In this document: one piece after another, positions 51,838 to 64,000 of the stretch
How the letters are laid out: the number at the start of each line of letters is the position of its first letter
How positions within the stretch are numbered: position 1 is the first letter of the stretch
NCBI GenBank assembly: GCA_046563655.1
Contig: CM102286.1
Location: 9,114,001 to 9,178,000, forward strand
Direction: 5' to 3'
DNA length: 64,000 nt
From: Yuukianura sp. NJ FZ-2021
Lineage: Eukaryota
Position numbers and translations under genes: made by a program
The notes under the pieces: generated by a model
Told to the model about the DNA's origin: nothing
Database searches by the model: none
The model's input: only the letters and a program-made list of their open reading frames with translations

Positions 51838-53365
51838 TATTATAATCAGAGATCAAATAAGTACGTAAAAACTTTTTCTTTAGCAATTTTAGCACTTTGA
51901 GGACTTTTAAAAACTTTTTCGACCGTTAAAACTTTGTTAGGACTTTTTTCCTGAAATATGTCAAACTATGTCAATTTTTTCATCAAAAATGGCAAAAGTT
52001 ATCAAAAAATTACACAGATTTGTTCAAATTGGGCTGAAGGTTATATTTCCCTCCACAAATGGTCGTCATAAATGAAATTATCATTATTTTCGAGTTCATG
52101 TACTGTGGCAGTGCTCCGAGATGCTTTAAAGAAGTTGCTTTTACAGTAAATATAGAAAACACGGGTTTTCTTTCTTTCTGCTGTTTTTAGTTTTTGGTTG
52201 TGTTTTTTTTAATCATAATTAATGAATACTATAACTAAAACAGACTTCTTTTAAGTAAAACTGAGATTAAAATCAGAATGATTTCGTAATTGAATAATTA
52301 TCCAGGCCCTACCATGTATTTGTACATGTACAGCGCTATTTGCATTCTAAGGAATTCAAGCAAAGAACAAAAAGGTAATTTAAAGCACAAACAGCAAAGC
52401 ACAAGGTTAAAAGTCGCACTTTTTACGGAACACTGCGCACTGGTACTACGCGTGCCTCCCTACACTATCGGTCGCGAACAAAGACTGAGGTTACCAAGTT
52501 TGCAGCGCAGAGGCTTTAAACTTACCAAAAAATTATGGGACTACTACTCACAAAAAATCTATTGTAATTAAAGAGAAAATTTGACACTAATTTCGTCTCT
52601 CAACGCGAAAAAAAAGTTTGACCTAGATAAGATCGAACTCCAGCTTTGCCTGATATGCAAGTTGTTATAAAACATAAAAAATTATTAAAAATTCAAAAGT
52701 CGAAGATAACTAAACCTCATGACAGATCACTAAAATGGCAAAAAAAATTAGCACTTGTGCTCACTGGAAAATTGAGGAAAAAATTTAACTGTAACCTTCA
52801 TCGCCTGGCCGTGGTTCAAATCCACCGCGGTGGCTAACCTAAGACCGCGGGATAATCTTTATTTTTTCGTTGGGAAAGGAAACTCATGTCAATTTTTTTT
52901 AATTATCAAAATTTTTTGGATAATTTATTTTCAGAATCGGTTGAGAGCCTATGCTGGTTGTATATGAACCTCGCGTTCACCTTTGACATCAAAAGTTTGT
53001 CGCGATCCTGCGTCTAATACTATGTGAAAATGATCGTCTGATCCGATATTAATGCCCGGTTCGTCCATTGCAAGTTAAATTTAAACTGAGTTTAAACTCG
53101 GATTTAAACTCCGGTTAAATTTTTTGGGTTCAGCCAACGCCGGTTAAAGTTTAACCGGCGTTTAAATTCCTTAAACGGAGTTTAAATTTAAGTGGACGAA
53201 TTTCCTTGGGTAGTGAGTTAGCAGGAGATTAAAAAAGTGGGTTAAACTGACCAGCTTTAAAATACACAGAAATCGTAAGCAAAGTAAATAATTTATTATT
53301 TGGTAAATAATAACTAACGGTGGAACTTATAATACATGTTTCTCAACTACAGTTATTCCAGTATC

Positions 53366-55668
53366 ATGCTAACCCGGCATGACAGTTCGGATGATGAGCT
53401 GGAATTACTGGACAACATCCAAACACTCCCTCCCTGACCTACTATGTTCTGGCAAAAGAAAACATCTATTCGAACAGTACGATGATGATGAATTTAGGGA
53501 ACGGTTCCGACTTACAAAAGCGACAACTAAAAGTGATTTGTGAGGTCAGCTATTTATAACTTAAGTATTGTTAGTAAGATATCATCAAAATTGATTCATC
53601 AAAAATTGAAGCAAAAACATCCAAAATTGAATCTTAAATTCTTAACAGATTGAACATCTTCTTCAATATGATCTTGATCGCAACAATATAGCGTAACGCA
53701 AATAAACCAACTGCTCATTACTCTTCATTTTCTTGCCACCGGAATATTTCAGCTCGTAATTGGTGACATGTTTGGAGGTGGAAAATCTACCGCATGCTCC
53801 ATAATTAAAATAGTAGTTCCAATATTGGCAAGGCTTTCCAAGAAATACGTCAAATTCCCAGCAACGCTAGACGAACTAAGACAAAACATGAAACGATTTT
53901 ACGCATAGAGTAACCATGACGATTCGATTTTTTTTCTTTTAACTAGAGTGGACATAAGGCATTTTTTCAACAAAATTTTTGAAACATTTTCAAAGCGAAA
54001 AAAAAACCGTTTTCATCTCAAGTTTAAGCCAGGTTCACACAAACGATTAATTGCAGGAAGCATTTAACCATTACCATTAACTACATAAAACTATTTAGAA
54101 TTAAGTGAGATTTTATTTCACAAGAGAGTTTAAATTCGCGAGTCGGAAATACTCTGGATCTAACATTACTGACCTCTGAAAATTAGTATTGTTACAAGTG
54201 TTAGGAATACGTAATGGCCCTATCTTAGAAACCACGTTATCCCTCTTTCTCCCTCCTCTTATACCGCCAGCTTCCAACTAGTGGAGGGAAGGCGAGAAGA
54301 GAAATTGTCAAAACTCAACTCAATGTAAGAGTTTTGCACATTACTCGAAGTTTTACGGTAACCGTGGGGGGAGTGAAATGAGAAGCGCCAATCCGAGCAG
54401 TTTCTAAGGTAAGGCTACTAACTGTAGTAGTTGGGTTTAGCTTAATGGTTTCCTGTTTGGCTATGTAATGAAACCTACTTTTACAGTATTGTCTAATGAC
54501 CAAGCGAAGCAAAGTAAGCGCGTGTGAACACTCAAAAGTGTGTTCATCCATGCTGATCATCCTCAATTCTCCGAAGATGTCCCCTTGCTGAAGAGTTTGT
54601 AGGTTGACAACGTTAAGTATTAGTAATTAGAATTAGGAAATAGTAACTTTAATTTAACTTTTTCGAAAGCAATTTTAGCAGGAGGACGAATTGTTGGGTT
54701 GCTGTCACCCCTTCTGGGCATACTACTAGTCACCAGTTGTATCGTGACAGATATGGGCGGTTTTGTCTCAAAACCCCTGCTTTTCGAAATTTTATTCATA
54801 ATTTTAGAAATTTTGAAGACTGAAAATCTAAATTTCATTTTTGGTGTGAACCTTGCTTAAACTTCGGATGAAAGCGGTTTTTTACCTCTTTTAACCTCTT
54901 TTAATTTGTTTCAAAAATTTTGTTGAAAAAATGCCTTATGTCCACTCTAGTTAAAAGAAAAAAATCGAATCGTCATGGTTACTCTATGATTTAACGAGCA
55001 ATCCGGATTTCCTGGGCTAATTGGCGCAATGGATGGAACTCATGTTCCAATTTTCTCCCGAAGTAATTACGCAGAAGTATACAGAAATCGAAAAGGCTAC
55101 TTCTCGTTCTATGTTCTACTAATTTCGGATCCCAGCGTCTACATTACCGATGTCGTACCTAGCTCGATGGCCTGGATCAACTCACGACGGTATAATCTTC
55201 GACTCTTCTCACAAGTTTGCAATGTTTGAAAATGGCGAAATACTTGAAGGGTCATTGGTTGGAGATAGTGGATATGCTTGTCGGGACTACCTACTGACTC
55301 CACTTTTAGCACCAAAAACGCAAGCAGAATAAAACTACAACAAAAGTCAAAGTCCAAGCACGCAACTGCATTGAAAGGAGAACGGAGTACTTAAAACACG
55401 ATTTGCGATACTAAAATATGGCTTAAGAGTGAAAACGGGGAGCATTTCTAGCATTGTCGTCGCTACAGTTGTTTTACACAACATTGCTACAATGGTTGGT
55501 GAAGATGAGCCTCCAGTAGATCGTGAACTTTCTGATTTTTTGGACCAACAAAAACGTAAGGGGTGTACTGTCGATTTTGAACAGCCCGAAGACTACTTAC
55601 CAGCTGAAAAAGAGGGTACTGCAAATACGACACGACGTTCAGCCTTAATACGAGATCACTTTACTTGA
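53366..55668 (+). pseudogene. Decayed Harbinger (HARBI1-like) transposase
   Basis: Fragments DDEFRERFRL, FPGLIGAMDGTHV, YRNRKGYFS, ARWPGSTHD, LVGDSGY, LHNIA lie in different frames with stops; split by a MITE. Confidence 0.88.
53904..54988. mobile_element. Non-autonomous TIR element, P-element-like (CATAGAG ends, 8-bp TSD)
   Basis: CATAGAGTAACCATGACGATTCG ... CGAATCGTCATGGTTACTCTATG, TIR ~140 bp; flanks ATTTTACG/ATTTAACG. Confidence 0.8.
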
Positions 55669-55717
55669 GCTTGTTAATATTACTTTTTAAAGTACAAATG
55701 AGATTACATAGGAATAC

Positions 55718-56672
55718 TTACAACTTTTTCAAATAAAATTCAGTTTTCGCTTCCAACATACGAAGTTTTGCTTTGTGCTCCACTTCAGCCATTTCAAGTA
55801 GGCGCTCATAATATAGTTTTTTGGTAAGAGCTAGTTCCCCTACGTTAGTTGTGGCATCAACCTTCTTTTCCGTCAGTGTTCCTATTTTAAGGATAGGGCG
55901 ACGTCTACCTTTCCAGCAGTTACTGCATAACATCGTAGCAGCTGAGCTTAGGTTCGGCGTGTTGTTTTGGACCACTGAACTGGATGTAGAAGGATGAGCA
56001 TCAGTACTGTAAAGTACACGTTGATTTGTGGTGAAGTTCGTCTTATCCTCAGCCACTGCAGTAATCGATGTCAGGGGGAAGCTGTCTGCTTGATGAGAGT
56101 CTTGTCCCAATACCTCCACGATTTCGATGTTATCAACTACCGGAGTATCTGCAAATTGAAAGACAAAAATAATGTTTAGAACTAAACTTTTCAAACACAT
56201 TGAATAAGTGATATAATTTAACATTGTAACGTTACAAATTCACTAGTTTACCTGTATCAAGAGCTTCACCGTTGTAAACAGCGTCCGAGTCGAAAGGATT
56301 GTTGAGGGGGGTTACCTTTGGCCCAAGAATCGCCAAAAGTTTTTCATCAATGGAATCTAGTTCAGTTTCAGTTTCATCTGTTCCACCTCCAGTTTTGTAA
56401 CGCTTGACCTGGTCACTGGCAGCAGTTTTCTTGGTTTTCTTTTTCAAATTCTCGTACAAAGTCTTCAAGTTATCCGTTGTACGACTTACACTGGCCACAG
56501 AATTGAATTGAAGGGAGATCTCACTCCATGCTTCGGATTTTTGCTTTGTCGTAACGGAGTCTGTTTTTGTGCACTCGATAATTTCTTTGAACTTTGACAA
56601 AACTATATCAATCAATATCTCCCTGTCTTTAGTTGAAAAGTTAGGCCCTCTCTTTCGTTTCTGAAACTCCAT
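55718..56672 (-). CDS. Harbinger accessory Myb/SANT-like DNA-binding protein, ~283 aa; exons 56672-56252, 56148-55718
   Basis: RKRGPNFS..DREIL..KSEAWSEISLQFN..LKTLYENLKK..KTGGG; phase-1 GT-AG intron; C-terminal coiled-coil-like EHKAKLRMLE; 852 nt open. Confidence 0.85.
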
Positions 56673-58862
56673 TAATTACTAATCAATCAGAAACTAGAAT
56701 AGTTAGTTAGAATCTGCCTATGCAATTTGGTAAAGAGGAGAGAGGAGATCACAAGTTTCGCTCAGTTTAGAATCTAATTTTAGTTTGAAATTTGTAAACA
56801 AACTGTTCAACTTTCGCGGTGCTCTTGTTTCAGCCAATCAGACCACTTGCACAATAATTGTGCAGCTTAATCCAATTTCCTATTCTCACGTTAACCGGAG
56901 TTTTACTAAACGGAGTTTAACTTTTTGAAAAGTTGGTTGGCTGAACCAACAAAAGTTAACCGTCAGTTAAAAAACTAAACTGAGTTTAACTAAACTCAGT
57001 TTAGCCCAATTTTAACCTGCAATGGACGCACTGGGCATGAAAACATTTTGTAGAAGTTATTTTTATGTCATTTGCGGCTTGAACCAACTCTCTACTCTGT
57101 ACTTTGGAAAAAAATTGTTGTTTTCCGATGTCCGTTAATTTTCGGTAAATCTAAAGTTTCACTGTGTTAGAGTAGTCTGAAAAACCTAGTTTTATATTAG
57201 GCTAATGGGATGACTTTGTTCGCTGCATGCTGTATTTCCTCAAGATAACTTGGATTTAATTCATTTCTACATTTATTTCTACAATTTACATAGATTTGAT
57301 GCCGAGTTTACGCTAAAGAGGGAGAGGGAACCTATTTTTCAAATTAGTAATTTATTACTTAAAAAAGTTAAAACGTTTTACTGGGAAAAAAGAAATTCAG
57401 TCTTGTAACGGGTTCTTATTTTCGCCTCACAATATCCTTACCGAAATCTCGATAACGGTCCACCAGATGACAGGAGATTTCCACGCCCAGGCCCAGGACA
57501 GGCCTACGACGATACGAGGTAGGCACGTCCAAATTAAAAATTTTTCAATCAAGATTCTCCAACTTGCAATGCAAACTTTTAGAGATATTATTGGCATCAT
57601 GACATTAACTGACGATGAACGTTTTTACTCATCAAACAAACTTTATTGAAGAAAAAAAGTTAACTTGAACTTTCGCCACAATTGTCGGTTTTGAATCTAC
57701 ACCTAGTTGACCTTGGATTTACTCTGTGAAATTTTTGAAAAGTTGTAATTTGTTGGTTGAATTTTGTTTAGTCGTACTTTCATTGTTGGTTCCCACACCC
57801 GGAAAGTGATAACCTAAAAATATTTCATTGTTACTCCGAGGATACACGTTTCACCGGTTTGATTTCAGGGTGATTTTTTTATGAACCGATTTTGACCCGT
57901 GCGCAGAAGCCGACGGGAAACCGTTTCCCACGAAACTATCCAAAGTGTAGTCACTTCCACGGTTTTACTTCAGAGAGCATGGAACCCCCAACGAATGCAT
58001 TTCTATTTTACCACTGTTGTATAAGTACCATGTTTTCCCCTTCCAAGCCGGCAGTTTACTTTCCATCGCCTCTCTGCAAACGTTCAGTCCTACTCCAACA
58101 ATATCCGAAACTACTCAGGATCAAATCCAGACCCAAAGTTGCTAATAAGCTGCTGACTTTTATCCTCGACCCCATCAGTCCATTTCCAATCAGTTGGGGA
58201 TTCTGTTCTGAACGTTATTGTGCATTTTCTAAACGCACTGAAACGTAATCCCTCGTAGTTCCCCTCCACTTCCGAAGGGAGATCACATCCCCCTTCAGTG
58301 TTTCTGCACAAAAGACTCTAATCAAAACCACTTCCTAACAAAAATTTGAACACCGAAAAAACATTTGAACAGCGTTGATCCAGTATATCGGTCTGCTTTC
58401 CTTATTGTTCCAATCCAGAATATCCAATTATTGTGGGTTCTTCTAGCGCGTGTTCAATATTTTTAAGGGGATGAATTTAAGCATGCCCCAGTTTGAACAA
58501 TTTGAAATCGCAACGTTGAAATGTCTGTAAACATTAAAGATGTTTATTAAAATGGAGGACAAAGAGTTGGAAAGCAAGCGCCTTCTAAAGACGCATAAGT
58601 TTAATAGCTAAACTTAAGTTGAAATGGTGATGGTTATGTGAGCCACTGCAGGATTATTTAGTCATTAAAGTGCTGGCGGTGCTGTCATCGAGACAAGGAC
58701 TATGGAAATTGACAAGCACAACTGCACAAGGAGGCGTCGCAGAATTCCATTACGGTCGACAGTGACATTTGGGTTTTAGCTGTCATCGCTTCCCGCCTAC
58801 GAATACTGCTGAAGGTGACTTCATCTTAAGATTGTCATCATTTTGCATCACAGCACAAAGCA

Positions 58863-58923
58863 ATGAGAACGAAAAGGAGAACAATGGTTTTCGCTGGACT
58901 CCATTGGATGATCCTCATACTTT
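58863..58923 (+). CDS. Possible first coding exon encoding a signal peptide (gene would continue downstream)
   Basis: ATG-RTKRRTMVFAGLHWMILIL followed by a GTAAGT donor; no downstream exon identified. Confidence 0.25.
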
Positions 58924-61900
58924 GTAAGTTTCTAATTAATTTTCGAATTAGTTGATATTATAGCAAATTAAATTCTTGATTTGTGTAACTCCTCCCACTG
59001 GCGAAACAAAATTGTTACTGTTTCATCTTCCTGAATTTTTCGGCATCACTTCGCGAATTCAAATTGAAAAGTTTGTGCTTGCAACGAAATCGATCAAAAT
59101 CAAATGGAACTGAACCGGTTTGAACAAATGCCACTACGAAAACTTAAGAATTTTTTGCGCCTATGAAAATTGAACTCAAGTTTTAAAAGTATCATGGATG
59201 AACCTTGTGCAGCAGTTTGAGAAATCGTGACTATGCGTGTATTGCAGTTTCTAGTTGGCAGCAAAAGTTATTGAAAATAGTCAACAGCATGATAGTATAA
59301 TTTAATATTTATGTTTTCATGTTGGTTAAAGTTTACTCCAATATTTTTGTTACACTCATGCCACGGTTTATTTTGCCCCTACGATACGAAACATACTTCC
59401 ATACATCATCCATACTTGATTGCTTGCCACAAGACATGTTCAAAATTCCATGGTTTTTTAAAGTCGAAACGTGAAAATTGTCGTGTACCAAACGAAATGC
59501 AAGGTCGTATTGCATGAGGTAAATTTAACAGTTTTGGGCTTAATTATGGTTTCCTTTGACAAACGACGAGACTGAAGTTCCCAACTTTCCGGAAGCTTTG
59601 TCTTTGAAGTGTGATACTTTGGCGATTCTATGGCAGCACCTTTCAGGGTAGGTTTAAGTTGGGAGAGAGCATCGTCCGAGTTGAAGGAACTGAAGCACTT
59701 TCACTTCAAAATAGTTGATTAGATTTTCTACCCTGCGAAAAATCAAACCTTATTCCATAGTCCCCCTGCCTGCAATTCATTAAAGATTTAAGCACAAAGT
59801 CCTGAATTTGAACACTGTATTTCTTAAGAAGCCGGGCTTTGCGTCATGGTGTATAAAATTTTGAACTTTCCCACGAAAACATGATGACTGAGACGAATTG
59901 GTTACTTTACTTTTCAAATTATTAACATGTGAACTTTGTTACCCATCCACAATTTCTCATTGAGATCGTAAAAAGTTTCTCGTCTGCCCTGATTTCAAAT
60001 GTGTTTTTTTTTTTTAGAAAATTCCTCAGCGTGATTGCTGGAAGAAAATCGTAAATAAGAAGCAAGGACAAAAAAAACATTCTAGATTGTTCAGAATCGG
60101 GTGGGCTGAAATTTTCAAAAGTATTACAATTTTTAAATTGAACAATGACATTTATGTCGCCAAGTTGAACTGACCTTTCGATGCAAGCATCAAAGCAAAA
60201 TTTTAGTGAAAGACTAAATTTTTTTTTAAAGAATTCTAAGGTGGCGGGTTACAGTTTTCAGAAACTTTGTGCTTTTTCCTCATAGTGAACATAGAGAAAA
60301 GGCGGTGTTAAAGGTAACTTACGAGCGCTGGACGAAAACTTAGGTATTGAGCCATATTGTGTTGCCTATTGATCAAGAATTTAGTTTTAATTTTTTATGT
60401 TTGAAACCGAACAACGTTACGTTTGCTAAAACCGGACATCGGATATCTGAACTTTTGGCTAATTCCGGTATACTGATCACAAACTTTGACTTTAGTTCAA
60501 ACCGTACTTTTCGCTTTTAAAAAACCACCATGACTGTCGAAATTCTCATAATAAAAGAATTGTCTTAGGGCCATTTCAAAACCTGTCATCTTAGTTCCAA
60601 ATGAACAGTTACAAATTCTCATAAAATTTAAGTTTAATGGTACTATTTCGTTTTCGTCGTGTGGAATCCGTGAGTTTTGAAGCATTTGAAAAGGTTTCAA
60701 AGTATGTGCCAGTGATTTCAAGCGATAATTTGTAAAGATTTTGACACGTCAAAAGCCTATGAATGCATGCGTTTTACCAAATAGCTTTCATTACTAAATC
60801 AAGATTAGGCCATTTTGGAACAGACGACTGAAATTATGGATTTCCATTTATGGAGAAACAAAAAAAAAACGGCAAGCGATGTTACATAACATCGCACTCC
60901 ACTCTACGACTTTCTGTTTTTATTCAAATGGAATGAAAGTGTCATAAATTCAAAGTGAACAGAATTGCTGCAGGAAAGGGCCGCGAATTGGTAGAATGAA
61001 TTAGTCTGTTACAATTTATGACTTCAGATTTTTTAAATATTTGAATTTTTTAATGGAAGTTTGAGTGAATGAATGTCATTTCTGTGAAGTGGATATTATA
61101 ATATGCTGCTCTCGCTTCAAAACGTTCAATTGAAAATATGTTAAATTTGAAAAGAAATGCGTAAGTAAAAATAACTCGTTGGAGTGATTTCTTTTCTGTG
61201 TAGACGCGTTGCGATTTTCTTAAAATATTAAAATAAAAATGATCGACAACTGCCAAATGTAATTGAAAAAAGATTGTTTGCTCTTATGCGTAAGTTCATA
61301 GTCTCAAACTAGAACTTGAGGAACTTGCGTGCAAAAAACTTTTACGTCTCTTTAGGAAACACTCCATCAGATGAAACAAAAATAGAAAGTATATGGTTTT
61401 GATAAGGCGTGAAAGTTGGGAAAGTGAAAGCGAGGGTGCGATCTGAGCGCATTCGTGGTGTCGCTAATACTGTAGTATTTGGTTATTTGCGGAAATTTTT
61501 TTTGAATATTTTGAAATCTCACAATTGCACAAATTCGCATCTTAGCAACGTTGTTTCAGAGAATTACATTTCGAAACACTTTTGAATTCAGCAAGATACT
61601 TCTCAATGCTGTTTTTTGTGCGGAAATAATAAAACAGAAATAAGAAAGAATCGAAGTTTACTGAAATTAGTGTTTTAAGCCTTTACTTTTAAAGGTGGAT
61701 TTTCTTGACACATTTTTGGTTAAATATTATTATCTGTGTGTTTCAACCCTTCGGTTAGAATGCAGTTAAAAATGCAGATAAATGTATCAAATCTTTATTA
61801 TCATGTACGTAAAACAGCCTTAGAGTTTCTTTTTCTGTTTTTTTTTTACCTGAAAACCACTTTTGGTTCAGTTTAGAGAATTGGCCAAAACAGAAGTTTC

Positions 61901-64000
61901 ATTTCTGCTTTGCAGTTGGTCTTCGTAGTTTGTAGGAAATGAACTTTGACATGGTCGGAGCCATGTGCTATTTTTCGACTTCTGGAAGTGACACGTTAAT
62001 GGAGCTTCTTTTTTCATATATTAACTCAATTTGAGAATATTTTATGGTAAGTGGTTCCTGGTTTCGTCACTTTCCAGGGAGTCCTTTGCCAGCCATTTGC
62101 TTTATCATTTATTTCAATGAGAAGAGTCAGAAAGTTTGCAGAGATCCTCTATATTTAATTGCGCTCTGCCGCGGGAGCAAAGCACCACCAAATTATTCTT
62201 TGGCACAATATGCATAAATTTTGCCAACTTTTGAAGTTTGGGACTCCACGGCGAATCTAATCTGTAGAAACAGCTTTTCCCGTATGAGTTCAATATTAAA
62301 CTATAATAAGTTTAAAATTTGGACAGTTCTGGCCAAAAGAAATCATAAAATTGTTTTCACTTTTTTTTTAAAACTTTAATAAACATTTTGTCAAAAACCA
62401 ATTTTGGCTTACCTTTTGTTCCTATGTTTTATAATTTTTGCTTTCATATAAGTACCTTAACCCAACAGCAATAATTGTTTAATTACACTATAATTACCCT
62501 TTGAATGTCGAATCAGACAATCTCTTAAAGTATCGAAATTCCAAGCCGGGGGTTGAAATTGGTGTGAGTCATATTTGTGCATTTCCTGACAATAAAATTT
62601 ATAAGAAAAGCTTTCTCTCGAGGCGGATATTTCAGCTGTGCAAACTTTCGAGTTCCTTTTTTCAATAAAATTTTCAAACTCATTTTAAACTGTGGCCTCA
62701 GCTTTTTCTCTTCTAGAAAGAATAAAGTTTTCTTTTCCCGCTCACGCACATGTTAACCGGGAAGAAGCTCCGCGCTCCTGTGCTGCTTTATGCTGATTTT
62801 CAACTTTGATGTTTGAGAAAATCTTGGAAGAAATTGAAGCGGAAGCCCCTCCCACTTCGTTCCGTTTTTTCTATTAATCCACTTCAATTGCTCCGGCTTC
62901 CGCCTTTCGATTGAACATTTGAGCTGAAGGAGAAAGTAAAATAGAAGAGAAAGTGGAAAGAGGTCTGCGTCTTTTCCGTTACAATTTAATTAAGTAAATG
63001 ATCTCTCTCCATATGAAACTGTCTCCGGTTTCATTTGAACCCCTTCCAAATTTATTATTTCCTCTCCATCCTCTCCGCATTGACTGTCTCCCTCTGACTC
63101 CTGTGGTTCTCCAGTCCTTATGAATCTTGATTTGATGCTGGAGAGAAAGTGCGTAATGGTGTTCCTCTGTTCCTTTTTCCATCCACTTGAAACGTAGTCT
63201 GGAATTGAATAATATGTATCCAGAAGAAGAAAGTGAATTGAACAGGGCAGCAGGAGAAAGTGATGATTTGGGTGGATTGAAGACAGGAGCAGGGTATATG
63301 GTTAGGTTATGTTATTCTTATGGTGAGTGTCAGAGTGCGTGCCATCCGGACCAAGGAACAATGACTTTGTCCTAATGGACTAAGAAAATTCGTTTCCTTT
63401 TTCCTTCAGAGTAAGTGAGGATTTATGGTTTGTGTTCTGGAAGGAGAAAAGAGAAAAGAAATGAAGAAGAATCTTTCTGCTTTTCTTTCTATTTATTCAA
63501 AGGAACAGAACTTATACTTGTAGTTTGACTACGTTTGGGGAAAAGTAAATTCACAACTTATGTCTTCTTCCCGCACTTTTTATTTTCTCAGATGCGGTTG
63601 TCCACTAAAAGTTAAATCCAGTTCCAAGTTGAATGCTTAAGTACACATAAGGTCAGTTTCCAAGTGCCAGAAAGTTTTGTCCACTCCTAAACCTGTTAAA
63701 TCTTGCACAACTTTCGATCTTGTTTATCTTTTTGGATTTGTTCAAAAGTTTTGAAATTCGCTCTACGTGGGGTAAATGAACTAACATAAAAATAGCATAT
63801 TATATTTTTTCCCAATTTGTAGCGTCATATTTTGGGATGCAACTTGGCGTAAATCTTGGATCCTCACAAATCCCTGATGGATTGTCTTATTTGTAGCAAA
63901 ATCAGAGCCAAGAATTTTCGGAAAGAGAAAAATTGGTGTCTTAAACTTGATTCTTGAAAATCCTTGAAAATAGCTTCTTTTTTCAAAACACTAAATTTGT

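Larger units (their letters stand above)
53053..57037. mobile_element. Second PIF/Harbinger transposon (conventional short TIRs, convergent genes)
   Basis: TAA-TGCCCGGTTCGTCCATTGCAAGTTAAA ... TTTAACCTGCAATGGACGCACTGGGCA-TGA; subterminal AAACTGAGTTTAA-type motifs. Confidence 0.88.

Noticed and set aside
57892..58311. Overlapping ORFs as an exon
   Set aside because: No recognisable domain or consistent splice frame.
62979..63375. RG-rich short ORF as a LINE ORF1 remnant
   Set aside because: Too short and without diagnostic motifs.

Overview
AT-rich eukaryotic DNA with short spliceosomal introns. The gene and TE content suggests an arthropod (inference only). Layout: (1) 1-11.4 kb, a ~129-bp satellite with higher-order variant periodicity, invaded by Helentron-type non-autonomous elements (HINE/DINE-1-like). 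(2) 13.2-18.05 kb, an unusual PIF/Harbinger transposon with TTA target duplication. Its ~1.33-kb inverted arms each carry a full spliced MADF(-BESS) DNA-binding gene and flank one intact 3-exon DDE transposase; one arm copy is knocked out by a solo LTR. (3) 19-36.6 kb, nested SINE, MITEs and fold-back palindromes, within and around a 4-exon igloo/GAP-43-like triple-IQ gene. (4) 42.2-47.2 kb, an 11-exon Cbl E3 ligase gene on the minus strand. (5) 53-57 kb, a second, conventional Harbinger with a decayed transposase and an intact Myb/SANT gene. The best candidate for something undescribed is the palindromic Harbinger with gene-bearing arms. All exon boundaries, TSDs and identities were read by eye; no database search was possible.
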